This document shows positions 62,144-64,000 of a stretch of 64,000 nucleotides of DNA, piece after piece. The notes beneath the pieces were generated by a model that saw only the letters and a list, made by a program, of their open reading frames with translations, was not told where the DNA came from and searched no databases. The stretch's first letter is position 1. Each line of letters starts with the position of its first letter. Source of the stretch: Ascoidea asiatica JCM 7603 (lineage: Eukaryota; Fungi; Ascomycota); assembly GCA_001600695.1 (NCBI GenBank), contig BCKQ01000001.1, forward strand, positions 414,279 to 478,278, in the 5' to 3' direction. A program made the translations under genes and the position numbers.

Positions 62144-62839
62144 GTTCCCATTAAGTTTTGAAGAATAAAAATACTTTAAATATTACTCAATGGTAATTTG
62201 ATATCAGTAATAATATTATTTGATCAGTTGTAAATAAGGTTATTAAATAGTTGTTATTGAATGAAATTCTTTGATTGAAGAGTTGAAAGTAATTGCATCT
62301 GCCCTTGATCTGAATGCTTTCAATGGATTGACCTGTTGTTTGTGTCTTCTAACCTTTATTCCTCTTTATTCTTCTTTATTCTTTAATATTCTTTATCTTG
62401 TTTATTATCTTTTATCTTTTATTCTTTATTCTTTATCCTTTATTTATTTTCTTATATTTGCTCTGTCACTTTCCGGCGCTTAAACTCTGCTGCGCCAGTG
62501 CCAACAAACGTTCGTTGCCAGCTGGCTTTGCCACAATTATGGCGTCGGTGGCGTTGCTTTGGCTCTTGTTTTTGGTATTTTTGGTATTTTTGGTATTTTC
62601 GATGAGGCCAGAAGGTGGTAACTTGGATAAGTTGAAGTTGTTGATAGATTTATATTTATATTTATATTTATTTGATTTGATTTAATATATGATATTTATT
62701 CAATTGATTTGGATTTCTTTTATATATTTTATTATTCTATTCTTTTTATATTCATAGTCATATTCGATCATATTCAATTCAATTCAATTAAATTCAATCA
62801 ATTAATATACTAAACAATTAATCTATTTTGTAATTCAAA

Positions 62840-64000
62840 ATGTTTAGTTCCGGCGGTGGAAACTCATATAATGCTCCATCAAATTCTTCTCCAAGTGGTT
62901 TTTTTTCTGGTTTTGGTGGCCAAAGAAATAATAATAACAGTAATAATAACATAAATAATAATAATTTCAATAATAGTTATGGTGGTTCTGGAGGTGGTGG
63001 AATTCCTCCTCCTGCTTATAATCCATCTGATTCTTCAAGATCTTCAAATTCAAATTCATTCAGAGTTATAAATTCTCCAAATAATATTATTGCATTATCA
63101 AATAAAATTGCAGTGAATCCATCTGATTTTGCAAATAATATTTTTGTACAAATTAATAATCAATATATTTTTACAACTATTCATGAACCTTCAATGAAAT
63201 CAAAATTTATTGGTTTAAATGGTAATCAAAGAGCATTTTCTCAACTTTCTTTAAATGAAAATATTCAAATAAATCAATATTTTTTAAAAAAAAATGATAA
63301 ATTTTATATTGGTACTATGAATATTGAAATTTCTTTTAGAAATAGAAATAAAGCAACTCAAACTAAATTTGATCAAGATGAATTAGCAAAACATTTTATA
63401 AATAATTTTAATGAACAAATTTTTCAACCAACTCAAACTTTATTAATGGAATTTAAAAATAATATTTTTGAAATTTATATACAATCTTTAGAATGTTTTT
63501 CTTTAACTGATATTAATTCAAATAATAATTCAAATTCAAATTCAATTTCAAAAAATATTAGTACAAAAGGTATTTTAACAACAAAATCAATTATAAATTT
63601 TTTTAAAAGTAAAGATGGTTTAGTTCAATTAAAAGGTTCTTCAACAAGATCAAGAGCTGATGCAATTATTAGACCTGATTTTAAATTTGAAGAAATGGGT
63701 ATTGGTGGTTTAGATAATGAATTTACTCAAATTTTTAGAAGAGCTTTTGCAAGTAGAATTTTTCCACCAGGTTTAATTGAAAAATTAGGTATAACTCATG
63801 TTAAAGGTATGTTATTATATGGTCCTCCAGGTACTGGAAAAACTTTAATTGCAAGAAAAATTGGTAAAATGTTAAATGCAAATGAACCAAAAATTGTTAA
63901 TGGTCCAGAAATTTTAAGTAAATATGTTGGATCTTCTGAAGAAAATATTAGAGCTTTATTTAAAGATGCTGAAGATGAATATAAATCAAAAGGTGAAGAA
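62840..64000 (+). CDS. SEC18: NSF AAA+ ATPase Sec18, 3'-truncated by window edge
   Basis: Frame from ATG 62840 reaches PDFKFEEMGIGGLDNEFTQIFRRAFASRIFPPG and HVKGMLLYGPPGTGKTLIAR, IVNGPEILSKYVGSSEENIR. Not in the ORF track. Confidence 0.96.
   Translation, partial: MFSSGGGNSYNAPSNSSPSGFFSGFGGQRNNNNSNNNINNNNFNNSYGGSGGGGIPPPAYNPSDSSRSSNSNSFRVINSPNNIIALSNKIAVNPSDFANNIFVQINNQYIFTTIHEPSMKSKFIGLNGNQRAFSQLSLNENIQINQYFLKKNDKFYIGTMNIEISFRNRNKATQTKFDQDELAKHFINNFNEQIFQPTQTLLMEFKNNIFEIYIQSLECFSLTDINSNNNSNSNSISKNISTKGILTTKSIINFFKSKDGLVQLKGSSTRSRADAIIRPDFKFEEMGIGGLDNEFTQIFRRAFASRIFPPGLIEKLGITHVKGMLLYGPPGTGKTLIARKIGKMLNANEPKIVNGPEILSKYVGSSEENIRALFKDAEDEYKSKGEE

Overview
Very AT-rich nuclear DNA of a budding yeast (Saccharomycotina; TACTAAC-type introns, pervasive poly-Asn tracts). 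The window is gene-dense with 27 protein-coding genes: ACT1 (partial, two introns), SND2/ENV10, YPT1, SPC3, an enolase, an MCH-type permease, DID2, SPO14, a GZF3/DAL80 GATA factor, COR1, an intron-containing orphan gene absent from the ORF track, HSP10 (intron), MIC60, IML2, an EAT1/ABHD11-like hydrolase lacking its nucleophile, an aldo-keto reductase, a LAC12/CDT-type sugar porter, an MCH1-like MFS protein, UCC1, a CENP-L-like protein, an amino-acid permease, a Bud5-like RasGEF, CST9/ZIP3, COX9 (intron), COX8, USO1 and SEC18 (partial). I saw no tRNA, rRNA, transposon or CRISPR. Top observations: (1) the hidden 232-aa gene at 26458-27254 (-) has an intron with non-consensus splice signals (GTATAT/TATTAAC/AAG) and an exact Mer1 splicing-enhancer match (ATACCCTT), a candidate new member of the meiotic Mer1 splicing regulon; (2) a URS1-like motif TTAA[CG]CGC recurs ten times, including before ZIP3, inside that intron and inside CDSs; (3) a 17-bp-period array with a constant core and variable spacers lies at 48489-48628; (4) the in-frame CTG codons I found all sit in Ser-rich/acidic loops, suggesting CUG=Ser. 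All assignments were made by eye from recalled family features; no searches were run.
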